Numbered from the stretch's first letter, positions 9,207-18,059 are shown. The stretch is 32,000 bases of DNA from Candidatus Saccharimonadota bacterium (GCF_047555085.1 NZ_CP180230.1:780001-812000), one strand, 5' to 3'. Translations and numbers: made by a program. The notes: generated by a model not told the origin, from the letters alone.

Positions 9207-9971
9207 ATGAAAGTAGAGAAACTTCTCCGGCGGCTGAAAATCGAGTTCGTGAAGGTGAACATCCTTCAGGCATGTCTAGACTCCATAATGTTCTTCCTTG
9301 GATTCAATCTTGTTCTTTACGTCTTCAATCTGGAGATAACAGGCCCTTACTCGAATTTTCACATACTTGTAGGCCTTACAGGAGCTTTTTTCCTTGGAGA
9401 TCTTATTTACCGTGTCAGAAAATATAATGTAGAGCTTTACGAGGAGAAAAATCCCGAGCTGGATGAGATACTGAGAACTGCGCGCGACAATATCGACCGC
9501 AAGAATATCGCGTCACAGGCCCTATTCGATGAGCTTGTAGATCGTGCCAGAAACGTGACATCAGAAAGTATTATACCAAGCCAGGAGATAATCAAGAAAG
9601 TCATGGCCATCGGAATACTCAGTTTCCTTACTCTTGCTTCAGGCCTTGCGGATTTCCAGATAGAAGGTCCCAGCGGAGAAATCGTGCCTTCAGACTTTGA
9701 ACTTCCAGGTACTGAAACAGGTCAAAACACGAGTGAACTGGATGTAAGGAACGGATCAAATATTCTTGGCGAACCATCCGATATCGATGTCGAGCAGAGG
9801 GATCTGGAGTTCGAGATCTCCGGCAACGGAAAGGCCTCTGATCAGCAGTTCTCATTCAGTTCAGGCAGCGAAGACTTCACTGTAGAGTCGTCCAGACAGG
9901 GCCTTGGTGAGGATCGTGAACTGGCGAAGCAGTACAGCAACGCCTTGCGGGAAATCGAGGCCTCTGAATAG
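9207..9971 (+). CDS. Integral membrane protein, function unknown, immediately upstream of moxR
   Basis: Two N-terminal TM helices, a helical soluble segment, a third TM helix (VMAIGILSFLTLASGL) and an acidic tail. Confidence 0.7.
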   Translation: MKVEKLLRRLKIEFVKVNILQACLDSIMFFLGFNLVLYVFNLEITGPYSNFHILVGLTGAFFLGDLIYRVRKYNVELYEEKNPELDEILRTARDNIDRKNIASQALFDELVDRARNVTSESIIPSQEIIKKVMAIGILSFLTLASGLADFQIEGPSGEIVPSDFELPGTETGQNTSELDVRNGSNILGEPSDIDVEQRDLEFEISGNGKASDQQFSFSSGSEDFTVESSRQGLGEDRELAKQYSNALREIEASE

Positions 9972-10002
9972 GAATTTAAATCTAGAAGAGTATTGTTAAG
10001 GT

Positions 10003-10971
10003 ATGAGCCTTGTAGGGACCGTGGATAATGCCGAGAAGTACAGGAAGTTGAATCAGAAAATCGAGGAGATTAAGAACGAGATCGGCAAGGTTATAGTTGG
10101 ACAGGAGGAGGTGATAGACCAGGTCATCGCCTCGATACTTTGTGATGGAAACATTCTGCTTGAATCAAATCCTGGTATGGGAAAGACGAAGATGGTACAT
10201 ACTCTTTCCAACGTTATAGGCCTGGATTTCTCCCGTATACAGGCTACACCGGATCTTATGCCTAGCGATATCACAGGGACACATATAATCGAGGAGACTG
10301 AGACAAGTACAGACTTTGTCTTCCAGAAAGGCCCTATATTTGCGAACATGGTGCTGGTGGACGAAATCAATCGAGCTACTCCGAAAACACAGTCCGCATT
10401 ACTGGAAGCTATGCAGGAGAAGCAGGTAACAGTAGGAAATCAGAGCTACAATCTTGATACACCGTTTTTCCTTATCGCCACGCAGAATCCGCTGGAACAG
10501 GAGGGAACATATCCGCTTCCAGAGGCCCAGAGAGACCGTTTCATGATGAAGATACATCTGGACTACCCTGACACAAACGAGGAAAGAGAGATCGTAAACC
10601 GTTTCACAAACGAACTTGACTTTTCTCCAGAACTTAACCAGGTAGTATCACAGGCCTCTGTGACAAAGATGCAGGAGTTCACAAGAGAAGTCCCTATCGC
10701 AGACGACATACGTGACAGAGCTATAAGGATAGTCAAGAGAACACGTAAAAATGATAAATTAGATTATGGTGCCTCTCCAAGGGCCTCAATCCAGTTGATA
10801 CTTGCTGGAAAAGCTAAAGCTCTTGTGGAGGGCAGAAACCATGTTTCAAACCAGGATATCAACGAAATGGCAAAACCCGTTCTCAGGCACAGGATAGGCC
10901 TGACTTTCCAGGCCGAGAAGGAAGGCCCGGATGCAGATCAAGTCATTGAAAATATTACGAACCGCGTATGA
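10003..10971 (+). CDS. moxR: MoxR-family AAA+ ATPase
   Basis: Walker A NPGMGKT, Walker B LVDEINRA, and GTYPLPEAQRDRF. 322 aa, the typical MoxR size. Confidence 0.93.
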   Translation: MSLVGTVDNAEKYRKLNQKIEEIKNEIGKVIVGQEEVIDQVIASILCDGNILLESNPGMGKTKMVHTLSNVIGLDFSRIQATPDLMPSDITGTHIIEETETSTDFVFQKGPIFANMVLVDEINRATPKTQSALLEAMQEKQVTVGNQSYNLDTPFFLIATQNPLEQEGTYPLPEAQRDRFMMKIHLDYPDTNEEREIVNRFTNELDFSPELNQVVSQASVTKMQEFTREVPIADDIRDRAIRIVKRTRKNDKLDYGASPRASIQLILAGKAKALVEGRNHVSNQDINEMAKPVLRHRIGLTFQAEKEGPDADQVIENITNRV

Positions 10972-11825
10972 TTCAACTAGATTACCTCGAGGAGCTGGAA
11001 AGATTTCAGCTGGCATTAAAACGTAATGCCTCCAGTATACAGAGTGGAGAGCATAAAAGCCCTCAGACAGGCCAGGGAATGGTATTCAAGGACCATAAAG
11101 AGTACATTCCTGGTGATGATATCAGGAAGATTGACTGGAAGGCCTATGCCCGTACAAAAGATTTTTTCGTGAAGCGTTTCGAGGAAGAGCGGCGTTTGAA
11201 CATACATATTCTTCTTGATCGAAGTAGCTCGATGGATTACGGGAATGTGAACAAGTACGAGTTCTCCGCAAAGCTTGGACTCGGGGTTGCGAAGATGAGT
11301 ATGAATACTAACGACAAGTTCAACTACTCGATTTTCTCCGAGACATTGACGAATATTTCCTCCGGGAGGCGTACAAACAATATCAGCGAGCTTGTTGAGG
11401 TTCTGAACAATACGCGTAAAACTCCTGAAAGCCGTATAGAGGACTGTATCACAGAGTATAGTGACAGGATTCAGAACGAGTCCGCAGTTATAATTTTCTC
11501 AGATTTCCTGGCTGATCCTGAAAAAGTAGAGGCCGGTATCGAAAGTTTGAAGCATACAAAACCGATCATAGTCAATGTTCTTGATTCCTCCGAGCTTGAT
11601 CCCGATTTTGAAGGAGATAAAATTCTGAAGGATCCCGAGTCTTCCTCGAAGTTGAGGACTTTTCTTTCACGGAAGACACGGCAGGACTACCGTAGCAAGA
11701 TGGAGGAACATGTGCAGGAGCTGGAAGAGATTTCCAGGCGGAACGGTGCAGAATTTATACAGGCCTCTACAGAGGACGATATCTTCCAGGTGCTTTTAAG
11801 CATCTGGGAAAAACTCAACAACTAG
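10968..11825 (+). CDS. DUF58-family protein (vWA-like partner of MoxR)
   Basis: Hallmark IPGDDIRKIDWKAYARTKDFFVKRFEEE, then ILLDRSSSM (MIDAS-like). ATGA overlap with the moxR stop. Confidence 0.87.
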   Translation: MIQLDYLEELERFQLALKRNASSIQSGEHKSPQTGQGMVFKDHKEYIPGDDIRKIDWKAYARTKDFFVKRFEEERRLNIHILLDRSSSMDYGNVNKYEFSAKLGLGVAKMSMNTNDKFNYSIFSETLTNISSGRRTNNISELVEVLNNTRKTPESRIEDCITEYSDRIQNESAVIIFSDFLADPEKVEAGIESLKHTKPIIVNVLDSSELDPDFEGDKILKDPESSSKLRTFLSRKTRQDYRSKMEEHVQELEEISRRNGAEFIQASTEDDIFQVLLSIWEKLNN

Positions 11826-11827
11826 TA

Positions 11828-12568
11828 ATGGATATCCAAGACTTTGAAACAGTAGATAGTATTCCTGCACTTTACCACCCGGATCTTGATCTTCTTGTTT
11901 TATCCGATCTTCATCTGGGCCTGGAAGGTAGTATGACCTCGGAAGGAGGTTACGTGCCGAAGTTCAATCTTGACGATGTCTTGGAGGAGATCGAGAAGGC
12001 TCGAAGCAGTACAGGAGCCTCCCGGGTACTTGTGAACGGCGACCTGAAGAACGAGTTCAGAAAGAGTTACTACAGTGAAAAAGAAGAAGTCAAGAAACTT
12101 GTCCAGCACCTGAAAAGACGCTTTAACGAAGCTATAATTGTAGAGGGCAACCACGACCAGTTCATTGAGAAAACTGTAGAGGATGAAGGCCTTGAGATGC
12201 ACGATTACTATCTGGAGGATGGCGTACTTTTCGTCCATGGAGACAGAAAGATAGAGGAAATAGAGGAAGGCCTGGAGTACAGTACAGTTGTTATAGGTCA
12301 TGAGCATCCATCACTTTCACTGAAAGATGAGATAGGTGTAGTAGAGAAAGTTGATTGCTTTCTTTACGGAGAAACAGAAGACGGCAAAAACATCATTGTT
12401 CTGCCAGCATTCTCCAACATCTCCAGCGGCACGCGTATAAACGAGACACCTCAGAGAGAGCTTCTATCGCCTATACTAAAAGAGAAAGTTGATGTGAAAG
12501 GCCTGAAAGCTATCGCTGTATCACGCGAAGCAGGCCTCTTCGACTTCCCGGAAATAGGAAAGCTCTAG
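11828..12568 (+). CDS. Calcineurin-like metallophosphoesterase (archaeal SbcD-related / MJ0037-like type)
   Basis: Motifs LSDLHLG, NGDLKN, EGNHD and GHEHP in canonical order. Confidence 0.85.
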   Translation: MDIQDFETVDSIPALYHPDLDLLVLSDLHLGLEGSMTSEGGYVPKFNLDDVLEEIEKARSSTGASRVLVNGDLKNEFRKSYYSEKEEVKKLVQHLKRRFNEAIIVEGNHDQFIEKTVEDEGLEMHDYYLEDGVLFVHGDRKIEEIEEGLEYSTVVIGHEHPSLSLKDEIGVVEKVDCFLYGETEDGKNIIVLPAFSNISSGTRINETPQRELLSPILKEKVDVKGLKAIAVSREAGLFDFPEIGKL

Positions 12569-13746
12569 CGCAGATTATAGGCCGTTACACCAAGTATAAT
12601 AACCGAGATAAGGCCTGCGGCGAAGAATGAAGCATTGACACTCCAGATCGAAGATACTGTTCCTGCCAGAATCGGGCCTATTACCTGTCCTGAATGCTTG
12701 AAAAGTTCATTGAATCCTACCATTTCGCTTTCGACTTCGTCAGGTACTCTTGAGTCGAACATTGCGTGTATAGCAGGCGACATACCTGATGATAGAAGGC
12801 GTGCGATGAAGAAGAATGCACCAATCACCAGAGTGCCGGAGAGGAAGTTCATGGCTACAAGAACAGGCGTCAAAAACAGGCTGAGAAGGCCTATAGTTTT
12901 GAGCTGTCCTATTCTGTCAGCAAGTTCTCCGAAGATGAACTGGAAGGCCTTTGGTAGAGCCGCGACACCGAAAATCAGTCCCATAACCGCAAAGTCTCCT
13001 GAAACCTTGTCAAGCAAGAGCGGGATGGCTACCCAGTAGAAAGAGAAGATTATAGAGTACAGGAATACCAGGCTGAAAGGCAGTCTCAGGTGCTTCCAGT
13101 TGTCTTTGAGGTGATGCCAGTCATCTGAATACGTTTTTCTATGTAGAACTTCCTCTACAGAGTCTACAAGTGATTCTTTAGTGTTTATACCGATGTAGGA
13201 GAGATAAATCAAGACTGCAAGTGTTGAAGTGAATACCCATAGGCCGAAAGTTAGTGAAAAGCCACGAGATGCTATCAGAAATCCTCCTATAACAGGACCT
13301 ATTATCACTGCAAGATTAACGCCCAGTAGAAACACTGAAACAGTTTCAGACTCCACATCATCGTCAGAACTTTTCAGGGAGAGGCTCCAGCTGCCATTCC
13401 AGATAAAGGCCTTGCAGAGACCTTCAGATATTTTTCCAAGGACCAGCATCACCGGTATAGCAAAGTAGTAGAACAGAGGAGGGAATGCTGCCGTGATAAG
13501 GCCCAGAAAGATAACAACTTTTTCTCCTGCTCTCTGAACAAGATTACCTGTAGGAATATCAAGCATTATAGTAAGTAAAGCAGGTATCGACGTGGCTATA
13601 CCGACCAGAAATACGCTCATATGTTGCTCGAAATATATCGGCAGGAAGTTCCATACCGTGCTCCGCCCCAGCCATCCAACAAGAAAAACCAGGGAGAGAT
13701 ACTTCGCTATCCGAGGTACTCTATCTATCTCCACAGTAAAATACAA
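12565..13746 (-). CDS. MFS-type transporter
   Basis: About 12 hydrophobic helices and a loop GNLVQRAGEK resembling MFS motif A. Start is uncertain: TTG 13746 or GTG 13734, with no early ATG. Confidence 0.82.
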   Translation of the reverse strand: MYFTVEIDRVPRIAKYLSLVFLVGWLGRSTVWNFLPIYFEQHMSVFLVGIATSIPALLTIMLDIPTGNLVQRAGEKVVIFLGLITAAFPPLFYYFAIPVMLVLGKISEGLCKAFIWNGSWSLSLKSSDDDVESETVSVFLLGVNLAVIIGPVIGGFLIASRGFSLTFGLWVFTSTLAVLIYLSYIGINTKESLVDSVEEVLHRKTYSDDWHHLKDNWKHLRLPFSLVFLYSIIFSFYWVAIPLLLDKVSGDFAVMGLIFGVAALPKAFQFIFGELADRIGQLKTIGLLSLFLTPVLVAMNFLSGTLVIGAFFFIARLLSSGMSPAIHAMFDSRVPDEVESEMVGFNELFKHSGQVIGPILAGTVSSIWSVNASFFAAGLISVIILGVTAYNLR

Positions 13747-13749
13747 AAT

Positions 13750-14007
13750 CTAGTGCGTTATAAAACCTTCTTGGCCTTCATCTTCATCCTGTTCCTCATC
13801 AGAGGCCTCTTCATTACTTTCCACCAGCTCCTTCTTCGTCTCTTCCTTCAAACGGTTATACCTCTTCTCTGCAGGAGTCTTCTTTTCAACATCTGCTTCT
13901 TCCTGTTTGACCTCGTTGTAACGCTCCCTGCTTGGATCCTCATCCTCTGTATCAGAGGCCTCGGAATCATTCTTGCTATTATTTATGGCTTCAAGAAAGT
14001 CGTTCAA
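13750..14007 (-). CDS. Highly acidic small protein (85 aa), unknown; the only available start is a TTG
   Basis: ORF with extreme D/E content. TTGA overlap with the upstream ORF's stop. Stop is 3 nt before the MFS gene start. It could be part of a frameshifted longer gene (see findings). Confidence 0.45.
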   Translation of the reverse strand: MNDFLEAINNSKNDSEASDTEDEDPSRERYNEVKQEEADVEKKTPAEKRYNRLKEETKKELVESNEEASDEEQDEDEGQEGFITH

Positions 14008-14267
14008 GCTTCTTCCACCTCGACATCCCTCTTCTTTTTCCTTTTCCTGCCGACGAACGGGATTCTGTCAACAAGAGATACGAAGTCACGGACTGTTTCA
14101 GAGGCCTCCTCAACATTTTCAAAGGCCTGCTCTATACTTTCCGAGGACTTCACCCATGAGGCAATTATCCTGTCAATTCTATACAGCAGAATCGCTAGAA
14201 AGACGAGTACAACCGCTGTAAGTAGCTTAACGATTATATTAAGGCCGGCGACAGGATCTTCTATCAT
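14004..14267 (-). CDS. Small single-pass membrane protein (87 aa) with a basic RKRKKKR patch
   Basis: ATG start with ATATAAAA (14291-14298, minus sense) about 24 nt upstream. TM helix IIVKLLTAVVLVFLAILLY. Confidence 0.55.
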   Translation of the reverse strand: MIEDPVAGLNIIVKLLTAVVLVFLAILLYRIDRIIASWVKSSESIEQAFENVEEASETVRDFVSLVDRIPFVGRKRKKKRDVEVEEA

Positions 14268-14290
14268 AAGACTTGTACTGTTCTGAAAGA

Positions 14291-14298
14291 TTTTATAT
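14291..14298 (-). promoter_or_regulatory. TATA-like box (ATATAAAA, minus sense) for the small-ORF/MFS operon
   Basis: About 24 nt upstream of the ATG at 14267. Confidence 0.4.
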
Positions 14299-14342
14299 CT
14301 GTCCTTTATGATTGATCGATACCGTCACCACGCCTTAGAAAG

Positions 14343-14350
14343 GCTTAAAA
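14343..14350 (+). promoter_or_regulatory. TATA-like box GCTTAAAA for the histone-fold gene
   Basis: Ends 33 nt upstream of ATG 14383. The same octamer recurs at 18163-18170 and 29053-29060 upstream of other genes. Confidence 0.4.
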
Positions 14351-14382
14351 GCTTCTAGACGCAATTTTTTCCGTGATAATCA

Positions 14383-14724
14383 ATGGTTGAAGTACCTGAA
14401 GACGTTGAAATTGCAGATCTGCCTTTCACCCACGCAAGAATCAAGAGAATGGTAAGAGAAGAGGCCTCAGAAGGCCAGTACGTCCGTTCAAATGTTTATT
14501 ACGGATTGAATCTCCTGCTAGGTGAAATCGCAGACGAAGTAATCGAAAAAATGATGGACACCGAGGCAGCGTACGTCGAGAAACATGATCTTGATCGCGC
14601 CGCAAGGAAATACGAGAAAGTGGAGAACATCATCCAGGAAAAAGAGAGAGTATCACGAAAACTGGATGCACTGGCAGCGGATATCGAAAAGCTTTCGAGA
14701 GACGTACAGCAGGCCGACCACTAG
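14383..14724 (+). CDS. Histone-fold (CBF/NF-Y/archaeal histone family) protein with C-terminal coiled-coil extension
   Basis: LPFTHARIKRMVRE resembles the lP.aRIKkImk alpha-1 signature. A long alpha-2 (VYYGLNLLLGEIADEVIEKMMD) and a short alpha-3 (HDLDRAARKY) follow, then about 40 aa of heptad-like tail. GCTTAAAA at 14343-14350. Confidence 0.6.
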   Translation: MVEVPEDVEIADLPFTHARIKRMVREEASEGQYVRSNVYYGLNLLLGEIADEVIEKMMDTEAAYVEKHDLDRAARKYEKVENIIQEKERVSRKLDALAADIEKLSRDVQQADH

Positions 14725-14752
14725 AGGCCTCAACTTTTCCCCTCTATTTTTA
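14725..14752 (+). terminator. Putative oligo-T terminator after the histone-fold gene (AGGCCTCAACTTTTCCCCTCTATTTTTA)
   Basis: T-tracts directly follow the stop TAG 14722-14724 and an AGGCCT copy. Confidence 0.4.
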
Positions 14753-14762
14753 TCGACAGTTT

Positions 14763-15509
14763 CTAAACAAGATTTTCAAGGCCTTTTACTTCAGGAGCAT
14801 CCTGACTGTAGCCCGGGAATCTAGGCATCTCGACCTCAAGATCTTTAGGCCCGGCAGTGTAGACGACTGTTTCCTCATCGCGTCCTATACAGACTACTCC
14901 TGTAACCCCGTCCACGTCGACAGGATTCAAAGTATTTTCTGACTGGAACTCTCTGTACTGTTCAGAGGCCTCCGGATCACCGGTGTACGTGAAAAATATC
15001 TGGAATCCAAGCTGATCCTCGAAGTCGCTGTAGGCCTGAAGCAGTTCATCTGATTCGATGTACCTGTTTTCAAATCCTGTGTCCATACGGACGTTCTCAC
15101 TTCGGAACTCGGGATGAGTTCTCAGGCCTTGATCCACATCTCTGACCTCTTCAAGACATGCATCAAGATTGGCAAGTTTCAGCGGAGCCGAGAAAAAATC
15201 AACATTATCAGAATCTGCTCCGAAGAACTCCCTGTAAAACTCGGCGTGCCTTTCACCTTTACTGGCTGACACAGTATTTTTTCTACTGTCCAGAACACCA
15301 CCATCAAGCTGTCCGCCATCTCTGAACACTCCTGCGATCTGGAGATTGTCCAGGCGAGGCATCAACCGTTCAACGCTGGAGGCCTCAACTACTCTTCCCT
15401 GTCCTGTTACATCCAGTGCAATCTCAGCCTCATCGTGTGCATAAGAATTCTCTACAACCCATTCGAAGAGCTCATCAGTATCAGGCCTCTCTACAGTCAT
15501 CTCCGGCAT
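14763..15509 (-). CDS. Acidic hypothetical protein (about 248 aa)
   Basis: Long ORF with acidic composition and no motif I recognise. I prefer the ATG at 15509 over the track's TTG at 15515. Confidence 0.68.
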   Translation of the reverse strand: MPEMTVERPDTDELFEWVVENSYAHDEAEIALDVTGQGRVVEASSVERLMPRLDNLQIAGVFRDGGQLDGGVLDSRKNTVSASKGERHAEFYREFFGADSDNVDFFSAPLKLANLDACLEEVRDVDQGLRTHPEFRSENVRMDTGFENRYIESDELLQAYSDFEDQLGFQIFFTYTGDPEASEQYREFQSENTLNPVDVDGVTGVVCIGRDEETVVYTAGPKDLEVEMPRFPGYSQDAPEVKGLENLV

Positions 15510-15588
15510 ATTCAAGAATGCTTTACTTACTGTGAAGTATCTTTCGCAGCGGTGAGAGATTAAAAGATTTCACTGATAAAACACCGTT

Positions 15589-15933
15589 ATGAGATTTGAG
15601 GTCGAAGTTGTCTCGGAGGAAGTACTGCCCGCTATCAGAAGTATGATCGCAAAAGAACTGAAGGACGACTACGGCCTCATACAGCGGGAGATAGCGAACA
15701 AACTGGACGTGACACAGCCTGCCGTATCCAACTACCTTAACGACACACGTGCCAATCCAGAAATACTTCAGAAGATAAGAGATGATCCACAGATACAATT
15801 GCTTATCGACGATGCAGCAGGGAAAGCAGCCAAAAACGAGAACTACTCTGATGAGATATCACAGATAATATGGAACATCCGTGACAAAGGCCTGATAAAG
15901 GAAAGATTCGAAGGAACAGAAAAAATAATATAG
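15589..15933 (+). CDS. Small archaeal HTH transcriptional regulator (XRE-like helix-turn-helix)
   Basis: LIQREIANKLDVTQPAVSNYLN is a classic HTH. 114 aa. AGATTAAAAG TATA-like element lies about 25 nt upstream. Confidence 0.7.
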   Translation: MRFEVEVVSEEVLPAIRSMIAKELKDDYGLIQREIANKLDVTQPAVSNYLNDTRANPEILQKIRDDPQIQLLIDDAAGKAAKNENYSDEISQIIWNIRDKGLIKERFEGTEKII

Positions 15934-15941
15934 AAAAATTT

Positions 15942-18059
15942 TCAGTGGAAGCCTTCAAAGGCCTCCTCAGCTTTCTCCTCCTCTTCAGCCATCTTATCTC
16001 GGAACCTGTCTACAGCAGCTTCAATCTTCTCCGAAAATGCTGAAACGGCAGGAATCTGAGGCAATTCAAGGCCTCTAGGAATCTGAAGATCAAGATCTCT
16101 TCTGTCGCTTGTATACAGGAATGCTCCTCCTGCACCGCCTATAATCACAAGGCCTAGCAACATCATCATCAATGTCTGTCGGAACTCGTTGGATTCATGC
16201 TGTTTTTTCACTTCTTCTACAGTTGAAGAAGCTGACTGATAGCTTGACTCAAGGCCTTCAACAACTGAAAGCGCTCTATGATACTCGCCGCTTTCCTGGA
16301 ACTGCTCAGCTCTCTCCACCATCTCCACGAATTCTGAAGTCCCGGATTCAAGAGAACTATCAAGCTCCCCGTTGATACCGGAACTTCGAAGGCTGGAAAT
16401 ATTTGACTCAATCTCCGCTAAGCGGGAAGAATAAGTCTCAATCCTGCTATCAACTTTCTCCCTCTGAGCGCTGTTAGCCTTCACAAGAATCTCCACCGAA
16501 TCAGAAGCCGAAGGACTATCAGACTCAAAAGTTGCATTCCAGAGGCCTGTCTGATTCTCGGAAGGAGAGATCTCGAACTCTGCATTAGCTGAATCACCTT
16601 CCTCTAGGCCTTCAACAGTCTTTGTGCCTTCGAAAAGCTGCGAAGAAGCCGTTACTTCAACAGATTCTACAAGAAGCTTCCCTGTATTCTCAACTACAAC
16701 ATCAATATTTCCTGTGCTTCCAGCCTCTACCGAAAAATTATCAGAGGCCTCCAGAGCAATCCTTGGTGTCGCATCAGGATGGTACTCGAAATCAATAGAT
16801 CTCACATCACTCCAGTGCCCCACACGATCACGCGCACGGACATAGACAGTCTGCTGAGTATCCTCACTGTCAAGCAAAGCAGTATCAACAGTGAAACGCC
16901 CTTCCCCATCGTACTCAACAGTATTTCCATCTCCTTCGCTTGTACCAGCGTAGAAGAAATACTCCAGCTCCTGAACTCCAGAAGCCGAGTCAGAGGCCTC
17001 GTAAGTAACATCAAAATCATCACTGTAAACTTTGTAATCCCTTGCTGCCTCAAAATTTTCAAGCACAGGATCAGAGGAATCAAAAGTATAAAATCTTTCA
17101 TCAGACTCCGCACAGTTACCTGCACGATCACAGGCCTCTACACTCACGTCTACTGTATCATCATCGACTTCCTCAGAAGGAATCTCACATGAGAAATCTT
17201 CCTCATCATCCCAGTCAGTTGTAGAAACTTCATCGCCGTCTACAAGACACTTCACCTGCACATCGCTCTCCTCCTCATCAATATTCCCTACAGTTACATC
17301 AAGGCCTACATCCCCGTTCAGATCAACATTATCGCCGTCAGCATCCTCAACAGTAAATTCAGGATCATCCGCCTGGAATTCATTATCGAAAGTTAAAGTT
17401 GGATTAGACTCTCCAGAGTTACCTACTTGATCAACCGCCTCAAGATTGAGAGAAATTTCGTACCCGATATTAAGATTATCAGTATCCAAGTCAAATTCTT
17501 TGAGACATCTACTTCCGGACGAACAGTCAACATCCTTTTCATCAAGAATATCTGTATTATCTGCATATGCAGATAGATCATCAATATTGCTGTATTCATC
17601 TTCAGCTAAAACAGTTATAGAAGGATTGTCACTGACAAAATCCAAATCACCATCTTGAAGAGAAACAGATGGAGGGCCCTGATCTTTTGTTAGATCAATC
17701 TCGGCTAGCTCAATCTCACTGGTACCGTCTGTGAGATTAGCTCTAATAGTATACTGCCCACTACCTTCATCACTCAACTGTGCTGTCCAGTAATTTCTAT
17801 CCCCCCCAGAGTAACTTTCTGGGGAACTATCTGTATCAAACTGCGTCCAGTCGTCCTGGCCTTGATCGCTCCAATAGAAAATCACTTCTGAACCTGTTCC
17901 TGACTCATGTGTTACGTTAAGAGTGTAATCAGAACCTATGACTGTATCAGCATTAGAAGGGGAATCCCAGTCAAGTGCTGCTGCGTTTCCGATTACTAGT
18001 GTTGTGAAAATTAGAGTGATTGCTACTTTGAGCGCTTTCTGGCCTTTGATACTTATCAC
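15942..18059 (-). CDS. Type-I membrane surface protein with several Ig-like/CARDB-like beta domains, coiled-coil stalk, C-terminal TM anchor and acidic cytoplasmic tail
   Basis: Signal-peptide-like N-terminus (KGQKALKVAITLIFTTLVIGNAAA). Recurrent motifs AVDQVGNSGES, ACDRAGNCAES and ARDRVGHWSDV. VVVENTGKLLVESVEV is CARDB-like. TM anchor LMMMLLGLVIIGGAGGAFLY. GTG start. Confidence 0.8.
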   Translation of the reverse strand: MISIKGQKALKVAITLIFTTLVIGNAAALDWDSPSNADTVIGSDYTLNVTHESGTGSEVIFYWSDQGQDDWTQFDTDSSPESYSGGDRNYWTAQLSDEGSGQYTIRANLTDGTSEIELAEIDLTKDQGPPSVSLQDGDLDFVSDNPSITVLAEDEYSNIDDLSAYADNTDILDEKDVDCSSGSRCLKEFDLDTDNLNIGYEISLNLEAVDQVGNSGESNPTLTFDNEFQADDPEFTVEDADGDNVDLNGDVGLDVTVGNIDEEESDVQVKCLVDGDEVSTTDWDDEEDFSCEIPSEEVDDDTVDVSVEACDRAGNCAESDERFYTFDSSDPVLENFEAARDYKVYSDDFDVTYEASDSASGVQELEYFFYAGTSEGDGNTVEYDGEGRFTVDTALLDSEDTQQTVYVRARDRVGHWSDVRSIDFEYHPDATPRIALEASDNFSVEAGSTGNIDVVVENTGKLLVESVEVTASSQLFEGTKTVEGLEEGDSANAEFEISPSENQTGLWNATFESDSPSASDSVEILVKANSAQREKVDSRIETYSSRLAEIESNISSLRSSGINGELDSSLESGTSEFVEMVERAEQFQESGEYHRALSVVEGLESSYQSASSTVEEVKKQHESNEFRQTLMMMLLGLVIIGGAGGAFLYTSDRRDLDLQIPRGLELPQIPAVSAFSEKIEAAVDRFRDKMAEEEEKAEEAFEGFH

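Noticed and set aside
13621-14286. 221-aa plus-strand ORF spanning the MFS start and the two small minus-strand ORFs
   Set aside because: It is a low-complexity, Phe/Leu/Ile-rich mirror of acidic coding sequence. It would overlap the MFS N-terminal TM helix. The minus-strand genes have a TATA-like box and operon-style spacing.
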